DNA of 20,000 nt, taken from sequence record DRR378314_135; one strand, given 5' to 3'. Shown in pieces: positions 16,491-20,000 of the stretch. Position 1 is the first letter of the stretch, and every line of letters begins with the position of its first letter. The notes beneath the pieces were generated by a model, which saw nothing but the letters and a program-made list of their open reading frames with translations, had not been told where the DNA came from and did no database searches. The translations under genes were made by a program, and so were the position numbers.

Positions 16491-16913
16491 ATGACGCTGC
16501 ACCGCCTAACGGGTGTCTTTTTTGTCATTTTTGCCGTGGCGATGATCTGGGGCGTCATCCCGGCGCAGACTGAATCCGTCTACCCCGATGGCTCGATCCC
16601 ACCCGAGGTTCTACCCATGTTCTATACCGCGATGATTGGCCTGTTCGGCGCTGCGCTGGCCTGCCAGCGCGCGGAAGCAACCGCGCTGGACCTGCGCCAG
16701 GGGGCAAAGACCGCCGGTTTTTTCCTGCTCGCACTGGTCGGGGTGCTGGCGATGCAGCACTTCGGTTTTCTGCTGGCCGCTCCGGCGCTGGCATTGGTTC
16801 TCTTGTGGCTGGTCGGCGAGCGCCGGCCGCTATGGCTGGCCCTGGGCGGTCTTGGCGGGCCATTGCTGATCTGGACCGTTTTCGAAGTCCTGCTGGGACG
16901 TCTCTTGCCCTGA
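16491..16913 (+). CDS. tctB: TTT small permease (TctB family), 140 aa
   Basis: Four hydrophobic segments, FGFL motif and C-terminal FEVLLGRLLP. AGGAG RBS before ATG 16491. Lies between tctC and tctA. Confidence 0.88.
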   Translation: MTLHRLTGVFFVIFAVAMIWGVIPAQTESVYPDGSIPPEVLPMFYTAMIGLFGAALACQRAEATALDLRQGAKTAGFFLLALVGVLAMQHFGFLLAAPALALVLLWLVGERRPLWLALGGLGGPLLIWTVFEVLLGRLLP

Positions 16914-16925
16914 GGAGGGGGTGCG

Positions 16926-18431
16926 ATGGTGCCGTTTGATGTAATTCTGGCAGGCTTGGCGGGGACATTCACCCCGGTGGTGCTGCTTTATGTGCTGGCC
17001 GGAGTGGTGATCGGCCAGTTTGTCGGGGCGGTTCCCGGCATTGGGCCGGTCATGGCGATTGCGATTGCCATTCCTTTCACCTTTGTCATGGACCCGCTCG
17101 TGGGGATTTCCTTCCTGGTCGGCATCGGCAAGGGCGGGCTTGTTGGCGGCGCGGTGCCTGCGGTGCTGATCAACACCCCCGGCACGCCCGATGCTGCGGC
17201 AACCGCATTCGACGGCTTTCCGCTGGCACGGCAGGGCAAGCCGATGAAGGCGATGCGCATGGCGCTCTATTCCTCCGTCACTGGCGACACCGCCAGCGAT
17301 ATCATCCTGATTACCGTCTCCGCGCCGCTGGCCATCGTGGCGCTGAAACTGGGACCGGTGGAGATCCTGTTCCTGCTGCTCTTTGCCTTTACCGTGATCG
17401 TCTGCCTCGTCGGCGGCACCATCGCCCGCGGCGGTGTTGCGCTGTTCCTCGGGCTGCTGCTTGCCACCATCGGGCTGGATCCCGAATACGCCACGCCACG
17501 ACTGATATTTGGCCAGACCGAGCTTTATGACGGCATTCCGCTGGAAGCCATCGCCCTTGGTATCCTCGTGCTGCCGGAAGTGCTGCGCCGCCTGGCACAG
17601 GGCAGCGGTCTGTCGCGCCCCGCGATCGAGATCCCGGCAGACCAACCTGCCGCCGACCGCCGCATCAGCTGGCGCGAGTACTGGTCCTGCCGCTTTGCGA
17701 TGCTGCGCGGTGCTTCGATCGGCACCGTGCTGGGGGCACTGCCCGGCATCGGCTCCACCGCGGCGGCCTTCATCGCCTATGCCGCCACTCGCGCAAGCGC
17801 CAAGGATCCCGAAAGCTTCGGCAAGGGCAACATTCAGGGCATTGCGGCGGCGGAATCGGCGAATTCCGCCGTGGTCGGCGCCAATCTGATCCCGCTGCTA
17901 ACGCTGGGCATTCCCGGAAGCGTCGGCGCCGCCCTGCTGATCGGCGCCTTCAAGATCCATGGCATCCAGCCGGGGCCACTGCTGTTCGACCAGCAGGCAG
18001 AGCTGATTTACGGGCTGTTCGGGGCGATGATCGCGGCCAACTTCATGAACTTCTGGGTCGGTCAGGCTGGCATGCGGCTGTGGGCCACGGTGGTCAAAGC
18101 GCCGGAACTGGTAATCTTTACCCTCGCATTGCTGCTGTGCATCACCGGGGTCTACTTGGGCGCGGGCGGCATGTTCGGTCTTTATACCATGCTGGCCTGT
18201 ACGTTGTTGGGACTGTTGCTGAGCGCGCTGGGAATCTCGGTGATCGTGTTCATCATCGCTTTCTTTCTGGGCAGCCGGTTCGAGACCACCTTGTCGCAAA
18301 GCTACAGCCTCACCGGCGGATCGCTGCAGGAGCTGGCGAACTACCCCGTGGCGCTGGCCCTTCTGGTGGTGAACCTGGCCTTCATCGCGCTTTTCACCCG
18401 CAATCGGCATCGCCGCGCGCTGCCCGACTGA
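16926..18431 (+). CDS. tctA: TTT large permease (TctA family), 501 aa
   Basis: VGAVPGIG, INTPGTP..AATAFDGFPLARQG, GALPGIG, AAAESANSA, IPLLTLGIPGS and GIQPGP motifs. Confidence 0.96.
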   Translation: MVPFDVILAGLAGTFTPVVLLYVLAGVVIGQFVGAVPGIGPVMAIAIAIPFTFVMDPLVGISFLVGIGKGGLVGGAVPAVLINTPGTPDAAATAFDGFPLARQGKPMKAMRMALYSSVTGDTASDIILITVSAPLAIVALKLGPVEILFLLLFAFTVIVCLVGGTIARGGVALFLGLLLATIGLDPEYATPRLIFGQTELYDGIPLEAIALGILVLPEVLRRLAQGSGLSRPAIEIPADQPAADRRISWREYWSCRFAMLRGASIGTVLGALPGIGSTAAAFIAYAATRASAKDPESFGKGNIQGIAAAESANSAVVGANLIPLLTLGIPGSVGAALLIGAFKIHGIQPGPLLFDQQAELIYGLFGAMIAANFMNFWVGQAGMRLWATVVKAPELVIFTLALLLCITGVYLGAGGMFGLYTMLACTLLGLLLSALGISVIVFIIAFFLGSRFETTLSQSYSLTGGSLQELANYPVALALLVVNLAFIALFTRNRHRRALPD

Positions 18432-18444
18432 GCGCCGCCCCGAC

Positions 18445-18476
18445 GGGGCGCTGGCATACCGCCCAGCGCCCCTCTT
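18445..18476 (+). terminator. Probable terminator after tctA
   Basis: GGGGCGCTGG-N8-CCAGCGCCCC followed by TCTT. Confidence 0.55.
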
Positions 18477-18493
18477 GGTATATCATTAATTAA

Positions 18494-19555
<1,062 letters not shown>

Positions 19556-19577
19556 CCGTGCACCGCCCCGCCGTTAC

Positions 19578-19614
19578 GGCAGGGGCGGATGCCCCGTGCG
19601 CCTCCGCCCCTGCC
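19578..19614 (+). other. Intercistronic stem-loop between dctP and dctQ
   Basis: GGCAGGGGCGGA...TCCGCCCCTGCC forms a 12-bp stem with no U-tract. Confidence 0.5.
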
Positions 19615-19661
19615 CCTGCCCCTGCCCTGATATTCCTCACCCAACCCATGGTTTCACCCTG

Positions 19662-20000
19662 ATGCTTCAGACTTTTTCCCGGCGGTGGGCGCGGGCGGAA
19701 CTGGCCTGTGCCGCCGCCCTCGCCGCTGCGATCACCGCGCTGATCCTGCTGAACGTACTCACCCGCAGCATTGGCTTTGCGCTCTACTGGGTCGATGAGC
19801 TTGCGGTCTATGCCATGATCTGGATGACGCTGCTGGCGGCCTCGGCGACGGTCCACCACAAGGACGCGGTTGCCGTCACCATCACCACCGACGCCCTGCC
19901 GCAGGATGCCGCGCGGGTCCTGTCACGCCTCGTCGACGCGGTGATTTTTGCGCTGGCGCTGCTGACAGCCTGGTTCTGCTGGCGCTGGTTCCTGCCGCTG
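19662..20000 (+). CDS. dctQ: TRAP small permease (DctQ), runs off the right edge
   Basis: Not in the ORF track because it has no stop in the window. Hand translation MLQTFSRRWARAELACAAALAAAITALILLNVLTRSIGFALYWVDELAVYAMIWMTLLAAS... contains the DctQ motif W.DEL..Y..IW. Confidence 0.9.
   Translation, partial: MLQTFSRRWARAELACAAALAAAITALILLNVLTRSIGFALYWVDELAVYAMIWMTLLAASATVHHKDAVAVTITTDALPQDAARVLSRLVDAVIFALALLTAWFCWRWFLPL

Noticed and set aside
15497-16558. 353-aa minus-strand ORF, and similar long ORFs at 13186-13911, 16830-17645, 18590-19363 and 3426-4100
   Set aside because: All lie antisense to well-supported genes and show no recognisable motifs.
19606-19628. Short (GCCCCT)n tandem run as a CRISPR array or contingency locus
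   Set aside because: Only three to four 6-bp units, intergenic, partly the arm of a stem-loop, with no spacers or cas genes.
19648-19662. Four-codon uORF (MVSP*) overlapping the dctQ start
   Set aside because: No RBS of its own and too short to distinguish from chance.

Overview
GC-rich bacterial DNA, most likely alphaproteobacterial (Rhodobacteraceae/Roseobacter-like, inferred from gene families and transporter density). It is a solute-uptake and catabolism region with three TRAP systems (two cut by the window edges), one intact and one decayed tripartite tricarboxylate transporter (TTT), an SDR, and LysR and GntR regulators. Three parts stand out. (1) 1867-5659 is a translationally coupled orphan cassette with type VI secretion (T6SS) adaptor-effector-immunity architecture: a DUF4123 chaperone, a 615-aa protein with no recognisable toxin motif, and an exported FGE/SUMF1-fold protein lacking the catalytic cysteines. 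No vgrG, PAAR or hcp is in the window. (2) 9833-10935 is a patchwork of four gene remnants (ALDH C-terminus, frameshifted tctA N-terminus, 5'-truncated tctB, QuiC/HPPD-like C-terminus). (3) 11055-18431 is a GntR-associated kynurenine-branch cluster (nbaC, ALDH, kynU, tctCBA). Its bacterial-type kynureninase has a eukaryote-like His at the specificity position and no kynA, kynB, kmo or nbaD is adjacent, which suggests import and use of 3-hydroxykynurenine or a related compound. All family calls come from motif recognition by eye; no searches were run.
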